64,000 nucleotides of DNA from an uncultured Trueperaceae bacterium. GTDB lineage: Bacteria; Deinococcota; Deinococci; Deinococcales; Trueperaceae. The stretch spans positions 96,001 to 160,000 of the forward strand of contig CAVSGP010000005.1 of assembly GCA_963727505.1 (NCBI GenBank), written 5' to 3'. Under the pieces are notes generated by a model that was not told the DNA's origin, did no database searches, and saw only the letters and a program-made list of their open reading frames with translations. How positions within the stretch are numbered: position 1 is the stretch's first letter; each line of letters begins with the position of its first letter. A program made the position numbers and the translations under genes. Positions 17,674 through 28,344 of this stretch are shown piece by piece.

Positions 17674-18477
17674 ATGAGTGAGCCGGCGCTAGGCAGTCCA
17701 TGGTGGGGCGAGATGGAGCTGACGCCGGGGGAGCTTCGCCACTGGCACGTCGGTCCCTACCGCCTGTGGGTGCGGGCGATGGCACAGGAGTGGCGGCTGT
17801 GGAGCCTGTCGAGCGTCGACGCCATGGCCGAGGAGATGGTTCTCGGCGCCGAGGCGCAGGACGGCGAGGTGCCGGCCGAGGCGGCACTCACCCGGGTGGG
17901 GTTGACCTCGGCGCGTCCGGTCCTCGAGCTGCGGCCGGCACTGGCCGACCGCGACGTGGTGGTGCGCCCCGATACCCCGGTGGTGGTGCCGGGTGGAGTG
18001 CGGCTCGAGCTCTACGTCACGACGCCGGTGTGGGTCATCGCGCGTGCCGGCGGGGCCGTGCCGCTCCTCGACGAGCCCAGCCTCCGCCTCTCCGATACCT
18101 GGTTCGGCCCCAACACGCTGGAGGGGGAACTGGCCTACGCCATCCGCACGGCGGCGAGGCTCGAGCTCGAGGAACTGCCGCGCCGCCCGCACCGGGCCAT
18201 CACCAAGGTGGCCGTCGTCAACGGAGCGCGCGAGGCGCTGGTGCTCGAAAAGCTCAAGGTGCCGGTGGCCGGCCTGGTGCTCTACGCATCCGAGCGCAGC
18301 GGTCTGTGGACCGACCAGGTCACGCTCGAGCGCAAGCAAGGGAGTGGCCTGGCCGAGGCATCGGTGGGCGCCGGACCGAACGTACCGGGGGTGGAGACCG
18401 AGCGCATCGCCGATCCCCGCGTCGTGACGCCGTCACGCTTCTCGCTGAACGCCTTCGGGCGACTGCTGGGCGTGTGA
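17674..18477 (+). CDS. Hypothetical protein (DUF432-like)
   Basis: LRPALADRDVVVRP...LYVTTPVW...LSDTWFGPNTLEGELAYA; precedes mscS. Confidence 0.65.
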   Translation: MSEPALGSPWWGEMELTPGELRHWHVGPYRLWVRAMAQEWRLWSLSSVDAMAEEMVLGAEAQDGEVPAEAALTRVGLTSARPVLELRPALADRDVVVRPDTPVVVPGGVRLELYVTTPVWVIARAGGAVPLLDEPSLRLSDTWFGPNTLEGELAYAIRTAARLELEELPRRPHRAITKVAVVNGAREALVLEKLKVPVAGLVLYASERSGLWTDQVTLERKQGSGLAEASVGAGPNVPGVETERIADPRVVTPSRFSLNAFGRLLGV

Positions 18478-18490
18478 GGAGGGAGGGAAG

Positions 18491-19390
18491 ATGGGCTGGC
18501 TCACATCGACGCTACATCTCCAGGTGTCCCCCGAGCAGGTGGCGGCCGCCGTCCGGGCCGGAGTCTACGTGGTGCTGGGGTTCGCCCTGGCGCGCCTTAC
18601 CGCCGTCACCGTCACCCGCGCCACGCGCCACATGGGCGCCCAGGAGCGGGTGCTCCTCAGGCGGCTGGCGAGCTACGTCGTCCTGGCGCTGTTCCTGGCG
18701 TCCGCGCTGAGGGAGGCGGGCTTCCGCTTCGACGTGCTGCTCGGCGCCGCTGGCATCCTCACGGTGGCGGTCGGGTTCGCTTCGCAGACGTCGGCCTCGA
18801 ACATGATCTCGGGGCTCTTCCTGATGCTGGAGCGCTCCATCGCCATCGGTGACGTGATCAACGTCAGCGGCACCATCGGCGAGGTGCTGTCGGTCGACCT
18901 GCTGTCCACTCGCCTGCGTACCTTCGACAACTTGATGGTGCGCATCCCCAACCAGACCATGGTCACCACCCCGATCACCAACTACAACCGGTTGCCGATC
19001 CGACGTTTCGACATGCAGGTGGGGGTGGCGTACAAGGAGGACCTGGCCAAGGTCGAACAGGCGCTGCTCGACATCGCCGATCGCGACCCGTTGTGCCTCG
19101 AGGACCCGGCACCGCTGCTGATCGCCATGGGCTTCGGAGCGTCGTCGATCAACTACCAGCTCTCGGTCTGGGCCAAGCGCGAGAACTGGCTCGAGCTCCG
19201 GAACCGCATCACCCGTGAGGTGAAGGCCGGCTTCGACGAGCTCGGGATCGAGCTCCCGTTCCCCCACGTGTCTCTCTACGCCGGCAGCGTCACCGAGCCG
19301 TTCCCGGTGGTGGTGACGAACCCGGCGGCCGTGACGGGCGGACCCGCTTCGTCCGGCGCTGCCGCGGCGCCCCCGGAGGCCGAAGCATGA
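18491..19390 (+). CDS. mscS: Small-conductance mechanosensitive channel
   Basis: 3 TM helices; GFASQ..SNMISG, IGDVI, STRLRTFDN..VRIPN and GIELPFP. Confidence 0.92.
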   Translation: MGWLTSTLHLQVSPEQVAAAVRAGVYVVLGFALARLTAVTVTRATRHMGAQERVLLRRLASYVVLALFLASALREAGFRFDVLLGAAGILTVAVGFASQTSASNMISGLFLMLERSIAIGDVINVSGTIGEVLSVDLLSTRLRTFDNLMVRIPNQTMVTTPITNYNRLPIRRFDMQVGVAYKEDLAKVEQALLDIADRDPLCLEDPAPLLIAMGFGASSINYQLSVWAKRENWLELRNRITREVKAGFDELGIELPFPHVSLYAGSVTEPFPVVVTNPAAVTGGPASSGAAAAPPEAEA

Positions 19391-20217
19391 GCGCGCCCGG
19401 AGCGGGTCCCGGCGTCTCGCCGCCAAAGCCGCGGGTCTGGTACGCGACCTTCCCGACCCTCCACGCCGAGCCCTTGATGGTGGCCGGGCAGCTCCGCATT
19501 CCGCAGGACGTTCCCGGCCCGCTCCCGGCCGTGGTGATCGTGCACGGCTCGTTCGGCGTCGACGGCCGCGGCGCCGCCATGGCGGAGACCCTGAACGCCG
19601 CGGGGATCGCCACGCTGGAGATCGACATGTGGAGCCCACGCAGCCTGGCGGGCGCGCTGTCACGGCCGGAGCACACCGCCGAGACCTTGCCCGACGCCTT
19701 CGGCGCGCTGCGCTACCTGGCGGGCCGCCCCGAGATCGACGGGGACCGGGTCGGCATCACCGGCTTCTCGTGGGGTGGCGGGGTGTCGATGCTGACCGCC
19801 ACCCGCCGCTACGTGCGGGAGATCGTCGGCGAGGGGGGCGAGCGCTTCGCGGCGCACGCGCCCTTCTACCCGGTGTGCTGGGCCTACAACCACCGCCCGG
19901 GGTACGAGTTCTCGGGGCTCACGGGCGCGCCGGTGCTGCTGCAGGCCGGGGCGGAGGACACCTACGATCGTCCCTCCGGCTGCCCGGACCTGGTGGCCGC
20001 ACTGCCGGAGGAGGACCGGAGGCACGTGCGCGTGATCGTCTACGAGGGCGCCACTCACGCCTTCGACCGCCCGGGACCCGCCGTCACGGTGAACGATCCG
20101 CATGCCCACGAAGGGAAGGGCGGCGAGGTCACGTTCGCGCCGAACCCGGAGGTGACGGCGCGGGCGCACCGCGAGACGGCGGCGTTCTTCAAGGACGTGC
20201 TCGCCCCCCGCGGCTGA
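19387..20217 (+). CDS. Dienelactone hydrolase family protein
   Basis: HGSFG, nucleophile elbow GFSWGG, GAED and YEGATHAFD. Confidence 0.85.
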   Translation: MSAPGAGPGVSPPKPRVWYATFPTLHAEPLMVAGQLRIPQDVPGPLPAVVIVHGSFGVDGRGAAMAETLNAAGIATLEIDMWSPRSLAGALSRPEHTAETLPDAFGALRYLAGRPEIDGDRVGITGFSWGGGVSMLTATRRYVREIVGEGGERFAAHAPFYPVCWAYNHRPGYEFSGLTGAPVLLQAGAEDTYDRPSGCPDLVAALPEEDRRHVRVIVYEGATHAFDRPGPAVTVNDPHAHEGKGGEVTFAPNPEVTARAHRETAAFFKDVLAPRG

Positions 20218-20233
20218 GCATCCCGCAGAGCAG

Positions 20234-20282
20234 CCTGCCGGAGCCGACCCTGCCGGAACCGACCCTGCCGGCAACGACCCTG
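20234..20282. repeat. 15-bp tandem repeat, about 3.3 copies (CCTGCCGGAGCCGAC / CCTGCCGGAACCGAC / CCTGCCGGCAACGAC)
   Basis: Read directly; intergenic. Confidence 0.8.
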
Positions 20283-20365
20283 TGGGCGCAACGGGGACGC
20301 CCGTCCCTCGCGCGTCTGCCGCCCTCCCCGCTACGGTGTCGGGACGGGGGTGGAGGGAGGCCGGC

Positions 20366-21352
20366 ATGCCCAGCGGCACGCCGATCGTGGATCGAGCAGC
20401 GAGCGGGAAGTCGGTGTCGCCGGCACCGGGTCCGGCCCTGCGCGTCGAAGGCCTGACCAAGAGCTTCGGCGAGGTGATCGCCGTCGACGGCCTCACGCTC
20501 GAGGTGCCGCGCGGCACCGTCTTCGGCTTCCTGGGGCCGAACGGCGCCGGCAAGACCACGACCATCGGGATGCTGCTGGGCCTCGTGCACCCCACGCGCG
20601 GCCGCGTGGAGGTACTCGGCCGGCGCGTGCGGCCGGGGGATCCCACTGCGCTGCGACGGGTCGGGGCCCTGGTGGGCGCCCCCGCGCTGATCCCGTCGTT
20701 CAGCGCCCGGCGCAACCTGGCGTTGCTGGCGGGCCTGGTGCCGGGGCACGACGGACGCGCCGCCATCGACGCCGCCCTGCGGCGCGTGGGCCTGGGCGAC
20801 GCCGCGCACCGGCGGGCGGGCACGTTCTCGACGGGCATGAAGCAGCGCCTCGGACTGGCCATGGCCCTGATCGAGGAGCCCGACCTGCTCATCCTGGACG
20901 AGCCCACCAGCGGCATGGACGCGGCGGCCCGCCGCGAGGTCAAGAACCTGCTGCGGGAGGTTGCGGCCGAAGGCGTCACCGTCTTCCTGAGCAGCCACCT
21001 GTTGCACGAGATCGAACAGGTGTGCGACGAGGTCGCCGTGCTCGACCGGGGGCGCCTGGTGACCCGCGGCACGGTGGCCTCGCTGCTGCCCGACGCCACC
21101 ATGGTTCGGGTGCGGGTCGACGACCCGGCGGCCGCGGCGCGACGCCTGGAGGAGCTGGAGGGCGTCACTCGCCTCGGCGCGAACGGCTCCTACCTCGAGG
21201 TCGAGGGGGTCGATCCGCAACGCCTGGTCGCGTTCCTGGTGGGCGTTGGCCATGTGCCGAGCGAAGTGACGAGCGGCCGGCCCGACCTGGAGACGCTCTT
21301 CTTGCAGCTCACCGCCCCCGAGGAGGGCGCACGGACGGGGGTGGAGGCGTGA
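20366..21352 (+). CDS. ABC exporter ATP-binding protein
   Basis: GPNGAGKT, FSTGMKQRLGLA, LILDEP and SSH. Confidence 0.92.
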   Translation: MPSGTPIVDRAASGKSVSPAPGPALRVEGLTKSFGEVIAVDGLTLEVPRGTVFGFLGPNGAGKTTTIGMLLGLVHPTRGRVEVLGRRVRPGDPTALRRVGALVGAPALIPSFSARRNLALLAGLVPGHDGRAAIDAALRRVGLGDAAHRRAGTFSTGMKQRLGLAMALIEEPDLLILDEPTSGMDAAARREVKNLLREVAAEGVTVFLSSHLLHEIEQVCDEVAVLDRGRLVTRGTVASLLPDATMVRVRVDDPAAAARRLEELEGVTRLGANGSYLEVEGVDPQRLVAFLVGVGHVPSEVTSGRPDLETLFLQLTAPEEGARTGVEA

Positions 21353-22077
21353 TCGCACTGACCTCGGCCGAGCTCACCAAGCTCTTCCGCAGGCCGCCGC
21401 TGTGGCTGCTGCTGGGCGGGGTCGGAGTGGCACTGGTGCTCCTCGCCGTCGCCATCGCCCTTTCGGCGCCGCCCGAGGCGGGCGAGCGGCCGAGCGCGCT
21501 CGAGCTCGCCGTGCCCTTCGGCATCCTGGCGGTCCAGGTGCTGGCCGCCATCGCCGGGGCTGCCCTGGCCCAGGAGTATCAGTGGCGGACGCTGCCGCTG
21601 TGGCTGTCGCGCGGGGTGGCCCGCGGGCCACTGCTGCTGGCGCGCTTCCTGGCGACCCTCCCGGCACTGCTGCTGGTCGCGCTGGTCTCCGTGGCGGTCG
21701 GCCTCCTGCTGTCGCTCGGCCACCTCGAGGCCGCGCTTCTCGCCAGCAACCTCACCCTCGACGGCCTCGCCCTGGTGGTGCTGGCCATGGCGTACGGCGC
21801 GCTGCCGTACGTGGCGCTCTCGCTGGGGCTGGCGGTGGGGACCCGCGCCGTGGCGGTGCCCGTCGGTGGGGTGCTGTTGCTGGCGCTGCTGGTCGAGCCG
21901 ATCGTGGGCCAGCTGCTACCGCGGGTCGGCGCCTACCTGCCGTCGTCGCTGAGCCGGACGTTGCTCGCCGGAGGCGGGGACGGCCGCCTGACGGCGGGCC
22001 TCCTCATCGCCCTGTACACGGCGGTCCTGCTAGCCGTCGCGGTGGCGGCCTTACGGCGCCAGGACCTGACCGGCTGA
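21349..22077 (+). CDS. ABC-2 type permease
   Basis: AELTKL, EYQWRT, 6 TM helices and terminal RRQD; GTGA overlap. Confidence 0.88.
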   Translation: MIALTSAELTKLFRRPPLWLLLGGVGVALVLLAVAIALSAPPEAGERPSALELAVPFGILAVQVLAAIAGAALAQEYQWRTLPLWLSRGVARGPLLLARFLATLPALLLVALVSVAVGLLLSLGHLEAALLASNLTLDGLALVVLAMAYGALPYVALSLGLAVGTRAVAVPVGGVLLLALLVEPIVGQLLPRVGAYLPSSLSRTLLAGGGDGRLTAGLLIALYTAVLLAVAVAALRRQDLTG

Positions 22078-22102
22078 CCGCAGGGCGCCAGCCGGCGGAC
22101 CC

Positions 22103-22603
22103 TCAGGCCGCCGAGGCCTCCCGACGCTTGAAGTAGTGGAGGGTACCCATCCAGCTGCCGCAGTAGGTCCAGCCCTCCTGCTCGTTGCGCTCGCGCTGAC
22201 GCGTGCTGAGCACCTCGGTGATGCGCAGGTAGCGCCACGGTTCGCGCAGTTCCGACTTCTCCGGGCGGCGGAAGTGCAGCACCAGCGGGCCGAAGCCGGT
22301 CAGCTCCCAGCCCTGCCGCCCCATCTCGTCCATCACGCCGACCTCGTCGATCGCGGTGGCGGTGCGGTCCTGATACTCCCAGGCTTCATCGAGTAGCGTC
22401 ATCTTCTCCTCCAGGTCGATCAGGAACAGGTCCTCGACGTGGCTGTCGAACAGCCAGGCGAGGCGCAACGCGGTCTGCAGGCTGGGATCGCTCCGGCCCG
22501 TCTCGAGGGCGTTGACCGCTTGGCGCGAGAGCCCCAGACGCTGCGCGAGGTCCGCCTGGGACCAGCCGCGGCGTCGTCTGAGCTCTTTGACGGTGTTCTG
22601 CAA
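22103..22603 (-). CDS. XRE-family HTH regulator fused to a GWEL-type (DUF4177/DUF2812-like) domain
   Basis: TTG start with SD GGAGGGG; SQADLAQRLGLSRQAVNALETGRSDPSL; MGRQGWEL...HFRR. Confidence 0.8.
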   Translation of the reverse strand: MQNTVKELRRRRGWSQADLAQRLGLSRQAVNALETGRSDPSLQTALRLAWLFDSHVEDLFLIDLEEKMTLLDEAWEYQDRTATAIDEVGVMDEMGRQGWELTGFGPLVLHFRRPEKSELREPWRYLRITEVLSTRQRERNEQEGWTYCGSWMGTLHYFKRREASAA

Positions 22604-22644
22604 CGGTTCCCCTCCCCGGGAGCGAGGTCTGCCGCTCCGAAGCG

Positions 22645-22690
22645 ACCATAGTCCAGCCGGCCCGACATGTAAAGTACAAATGTCATGTCG
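22645..22690 (-). promoter_or_regulatory. Sigma70-like promoter TTTACA-N17-TATGGT overlapped by inverted repeat CGACATG-N14-CATGTCG
   Basis: -35 at 22673-22668, -10 at 22650-22645, inverted repeat arms at 22663-22669 and 22684-22690. Confidence 0.6.
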
Positions 22691-22761
22691 CGCGTGGGTT
22701 GCACCGGGCCGGAGCCGCCGCCGTGCCGCCCGCCCCGGCGCCCGCCGGTGCACGATGGGGC

Positions 22762-23340
22762 ATGGTCGATGCTCCGGTCGAGTGGGCCGCCTTCCTGCGC
22801 GGCATCAACGTCGGCGGCAAGCACAAGCTGCCGATGAGCGAGTTGCGCGCGTTCTTCGCCGAGCTGGGCGCGCGTGACGTGCGCACCTACATCCAGAGCG
22901 GCAACGTCGTCTTCCGGGCCGAGGAGGCGGTCGCCCGGGAGCTGGCCGCGGACTTCGAGCGCCGGGCCGAGGCGCGCTTCGGGTTCCCCGTGCCGGCGGT
23001 GGTGCGCTCGGCACCGGAGCTCCGCGCGGTCCTCGCCGGCAACCCGTTCCTCGCCGACCGTGCGGCCGACGATGCGGACGCGAAGGCCCTGCACGTGCTG
23101 TTCCTGGCGAGCGAGCCCGATCCGGCCGCGGTCGCCGGCCTCGATCCCGAGCGTTCGGCGCCCGACGCCTTCGCCGTGCAGGGGCGCGAGATCTACCTCC
23201 ATCTCCCCAACGGGATGGCCCGCACCCGGCTCACCAACGCCTACTTCGACCGTGCTCTGGGCACCACCAGCACGGGGCGCAACTGGCGGACGGTCAGGAC
23301 GGTCGCAGCCATGATCGAGGGGGTGAACGGCGAGGGCTGA
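22762..23340 (+). CDS. DUF1697 domain protein
   Basis: AFLRGINVGG, VRTYIQSGNVVF and TGRNWRTV. Confidence 0.92.
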   Translation: MVDAPVEWAAFLRGINVGGKHKLPMSELRAFFAELGARDVRTYIQSGNVVFRAEEAVARELAADFERRAEARFGFPVPAVVRSAPELRAVLAGNPFLADRAADDADAKALHVLFLASEPDPAAVAGLDPERSAPDAFAVQGREIYLHLPNGMARTRLTNAYFDRALGTTSTGRNWRTVRTVAAMIEGVNGEG

Positions 23341-23470
23341 ACGATGGGCCGTACCGGTTCCCAATACGGTGCGGCTGGGAGCGCCCCGATGGCCGCCGCC
23401 CTGCCGTGGCAGCCGCCGATCGCGCTGCTGCGCCAGGGGCGTGGGCGAGCAGAGCATTAGGATGAACGGC

Positions 23471-24472
23471 ATGAGCGCAGCCAACCCCACCCCTCACGCC
23501 GACGGGGCGGTCAGCGCCTTCCTGCGGCGCCACTACCGCCACTTCAACGCCGCGACGGTGATCGACGCGGCCGATGCCTACGTGCGCCACCTCGACGCCG
23601 GCGGGGCCATGATGGTCACCCTGGCCGGGGCCATGAGCACCGGCGAGCTGGGACTGTCGCTCGCGGAGATGATCCGTCAGGACAAGGTGCACGCCATCAG
23701 CACCACGGGGGCCAACCTCGAGGAGGACGTCTTCAACCTCATCGCCCACGACTATTACGAGCGCGTCCCGCACTACCGCGACCTGACGCCACTGCAGGAG
23801 AAGGACCTCCTCGCCCGGCACATGAACCGCGTCACCGACACCTGCATCCCCGAGGAGGAGGCGATGCGCCGCCTGGAGGGGGCGCTGCTCGCCGAGTGGA
23901 TGCGGGCGGACGCGGCGGGCGAGCGCTACTTCCCGCACCAGTTCCTCTATCGACTGCTGTTGAGCGGCGTGCTGGAGGAGCATTACCAGATCGACCCGCG
24001 CGACTCCTGGCTGATGGCCGCGGCCGAGAAGGACCTCCCGATCGTGACGCCCGGCTGGGAGGACTCCACGACCGGGAACATGTTCGCCGCCCACGTCATC
24101 ACCGGCGAGATCGGCAGCGCCAACACCGTCAAGGGCGGTATCGAGGCCATGACCTACCTGGCCGACTTCTACACGCGTACGGCCGAGCAGCGCAGCATCG
24201 GGTTCTTCCAGATCGGCGGCGGCATCGCCGGCGACTTCCCCATCTGCGTGGTACCGATGCTGCACCAGGACCTGCAGCGCCAGGGCGTGCCGATGTGGGG
24301 CTACTTCTGCCAGATCAGCGACTCCACCACCAGCTATGGCTCTTACTCCGGCGCCGTGCCCAACGAGAAGATCACCTGGGGCAAGCTCTCGGTGGATACG
24401 CCGAAGTTCATCGTGGAGTCCGACGCCACCATCGTGGCGCCGCTGATGTTCGCCTTGATCCTGGGTCAGTAG
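23471..24472 (+). CDS. Deoxyhypusine synthase-like protein
   Basis: HFNAA, TLAGAMST, TGANLEED, IGGGIAGD, GSYSGAVPNEKITWGK and SDATI; leaderless TAGGAT-N7-ATG. Confidence 0.9.
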   Translation: MSAANPTPHADGAVSAFLRRHYRHFNAATVIDAADAYVRHLDAGGAMMVTLAGAMSTGELGLSLAEMIRQDKVHAISTTGANLEEDVFNLIAHDYYERVPHYRDLTPLQEKDLLARHMNRVTDTCIPEEEAMRRLEGALLAEWMRADAAGERYFPHQFLYRLLLSGVLEEHYQIDPRDSWLMAAAEKDLPIVTPGWEDSTTGNMFAAHVITGEIGSANTVKGGIEAMTYLADFYTRTAEQRSIGFFQIGGGIAGDFPICVVPMLHQDLQRQGVPMWGYFCQISDSTTSYGSYSGAVPNEKITWGKLSVDTPKFIVESDATIVAPLMFALILGQ

Positions 24473-24487
24473 GGTCGGGCCCCGCCC

Positions 24488-25420
24488 TCAGGCCGCTGGG
24501 ACGCCGACCCCCACCAGCGGGTCGCCCGCGTTGATGGCGAGGCTGGTCACTGCGAACAGCGCGATGCCGTCGACAGTGCTGTGTGCCTCCTGGAGCGTCT
24601 CGCCCAGCAGGTCGGTGACGATCCCCAGCGCCTGACCGGGATGCACGCGCTCGCCGACCGTGACGGCGGGGTACCAGCAACCGGCGTGGTCGCTGCGCGA
24701 CCAGGCGAAGGTGTCGATGACCCGGCTCGGCTCGCCGGCCGGAACGTCTCCCTTGCGCATGCCGAGGTGCGCCAGGACGCGTCGCGCGCCCTCCTCGAGC
24801 ATGCCCACGGCGCTGTCGGGCCACAGCCCCTGCCCGCCGGCCTCCGCCAGCACGGCCGGGATGCCCAGGTCGTGGGCGGCGGCGAAGGTCATGCCGGCTC
24901 CGGCCTCCTCGATCCGGAAGGGCAGTCCGAACGCGTTGGCCATGGCGGCGCTGGCCCCGTCGTCTCGCCAGTGGATGGCGAATGGCGTGAGCGCTTCGAT
25001 GAGGTCGCCGCCGTGCAGGTCCAGGTAGGCGTCGGCGCTCGTCATGAGCTCTTGGACGAGCCAGTGCGCCAGACGCTCGCTGGCGCTGCCATCGGCGCGG
25101 CCCGGGAACACGCGGTTGAGGTTCTTGCCGTCCAGGGGGTTCACGTAGATGCTGCGCGCGACGTACGCGCTGGTGTTGACGATCGGTACGATCACGAGCC
25201 GTCCCGTCAGCGCGGTGGGATCGAGGGCGGCCAGGCGCTGGGCCGCCGCGATCGAGGCGTACTCGGCGCCGTGGATGCCGGCGGTCACCAGCAAGGTGGG
25301 GCCGGCGGCTCGACCCTGGAGGACGTGGCACGGCACGAGGGGCGCCTCGTCGAGCGGCGCCAGTAGCCCGGACCAGCGCGAGCCGGGCGCGAGGTCGTCG
25401 GGAGGACGGAGCGAAGCCAT
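24488..25420 (-). CDS. Succinylglutamate desuccinylase/aspartoacylase (M14) family protein
   Basis: AGIHGAE, NLNRVFPG, DLHGG and EAGG. Confidence 0.9.
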   Translation of the reverse strand: MASLRPPDDLAPGSRWSGLLAPLDEAPLVPCHVLQGRAAGPTLLVTAGIHGAEYASIAAAQRLAALDPTALTGRLVIVPIVNTSAYVARSIYVNPLDGKNLNRVFPGRADGSASERLAHWLVQELMTSADAYLDLHGGDLIEALTPFAIHWRDDGASAAMANAFGLPFRIEEAGAGMTFAAAHDLGIPAVLAEAGGQGLWPDSAVGMLEEGARRVLAHLGMRKGDVPAGEPSRVIDTFAWSRSDHAGCWYPAVTVGERVHPGQALGIVTDLLGETLQEAHSTVDGIALFAVTSLAINAGDPLVGVGVPAA

Positions 25421-25434
25421 GGTCCGCCTCCCGT

Positions 25435-26193
25435 TCAGCCCTGCTCGAGCGGCCGGATCAGCACCTCGTTGATGCTCACGCGCTTCGGCCGCGTCACCAC
25501 GTAGCGGATGGCGTCGGCGATGTCCTCGCTCTGGAGCTGTTCCATGCCCGCGATGGCCGTCTCGTAGCGCTCCTTGGTGGCCGCGTGCGGGATGTGGTCG
25601 GTCAACTCGGTCGCGACCACGCCCGGCTCGATGAGGGTCACCTTGATGCCGTCGCCGTTGACCTCCCGGCGCAGGGCCTCACTGAAGCCGTTCACGCCCC
25701 ACTTCGTGGCGTTGTAGCCGCCCTGGGTGGGTCCGGCGAAGCGCCCGGAGACCGACGAGATGTTGACGATATGGCCTCCTCCCCGCGAGCGCATCGGGGC
25801 GATCGCGGCGCGGCTCGCGACCATCAGGCCGAGCAGGTTGATGTCGATCATGCGTTTCCAGTCCGCAGGATCGGTCTCCTCGATCGGTCCCAGGAACATG
25901 ACGCCGGCGTTGTTGACCAGCACGTCGAGGCCGCCGAGCGCCTCCACGGTGGCATCGACCGACTGCTGTGCCCCCTCAGGCGTGGCGAGGTCGCCGGCAT
26001 GCACGAAGACCTCGGTGCCGCCCCCGCGCAGCTCGTTGGCCAGGGTCTCGAGCCGGTCCGCCCGGCGTGCGCTCAACGCCAGGCTGGCGCCCTCGCGGGC
26101 CAGCGCGCGGGCGGTGGCGGCTCCGATTCCGCTCGATGCCCCCGTTACCAGGGCGACCTTCCCATGAAGCGTGGCTGTCGTCGTTTCGCTCAT
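25435..26193 (-). CDS. SDR-family oxidoreductase
   Basis: TGASSGIG, NNAG and YNATK. Confidence 0.92.
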   Translation of the reverse strand: MSETTTATLHGKVALVTGASSGIGAATARALAREGASLALSARRADRLETLANELRGGGTEVFVHAGDLATPEGAQQSVDATVEALGGLDVLVNNAGVMFLGPIEETDPADWKRMIDINLLGLMVASRAAIAPMRSRGGGHIVNISSVSGRFAGPTQGGYNATKWGVNGFSEALRREVNGDGIKVTLIEPGVVATELTDHIPHAATKERYETAIAGMEQLQSEDIADAIRYVVTRPKRVSINEVLIRPLEQG

Positions 26194-26774
26194 TCGTTCA
26201 TCCTTTCGTTGCCCGACGCGCGCTCCGCGCGCAGCCAGGCGAGTGCCCGGGACTCCACTTCCTCCGTGCGTGCGGCGGCGACGATCACGACGCCGTCGGC
26301 GTCGGCGAGGATCAGGTCGCCTGGCGTCACCTGGACGCCTCCGACTTCCACCGCGACGTCCGCTGCTCCGTTCGAGGTCGGCTCGCCGCGGGCCGGCAGG
26401 GTGCCGCGGGCGCGAAGGGGCAGTCCGCTGGCCGTCACCGCACGGATGTCCCGGACGAAGCCGTCGATGACCACGCCGGCGGCGCCGCGCTCCTGTGCGA
26501 TCGCTGTCAGACGGTCGCCCCACAGGGCGGCCTCGAGGCCGGCGGCGGCCACGACGAGGACCTCCCCCTGCCGCAGCGCTCCGACGCCGGCACGCACCGC
26601 GGCGAGGTCGCCATCGGGGGCGGACACGGTGCGAGCCACCCCGACGAAGTCCCCACCGAGCCGGACGTGCCAGACGGGCGCGGTCGCTCGGGCCACGCCC
26701 CGGTCGCAGAGCATGCAGCTCACGCCGCCCTCCGAGAGGGCGGGCGCGAGCAGCCGGGCGGCTGTGGCACTCAC
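26190..26774 (-). CDS. RraA/HMG-aldolase family protein
   Basis: ALWGD, GVVIDGFVRD and VTPGDLILADADGVV; GTG start inferred. Confidence 0.82.
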   Translation of the reverse strand: MSATAARLLAPALSEGGVSCMLCDRGVARATAPVWHVRLGGDFVGVARTVSAPDGDLAAVRAGVGALRQGEVLVVAAAGLEAALWGDRLTAIAQERGAAGVVIDGFVRDIRAVTASGLPLRARGTLPARGEPTSNGAADVAVEVGGVQVTPGDLILADADGVVIVAAARTEEVESRALAWLRAERASGNERMNE

Positions 26775-26826
26775 GGGAGACGTCTCTCGCGTGCGCCCTT
26801 GCGATCCGGTTCCTGCGGTTCCCTGC

Positions 26827-28340
<1,514 letters not shown>

Positions 28341-28344
<4 letters not shown>

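Noticed and set aside
20234..20282. Possible CRISPR array
   Set aside because: The 15-bp units are contiguous with no spacers, and no cas genes are present in the window.
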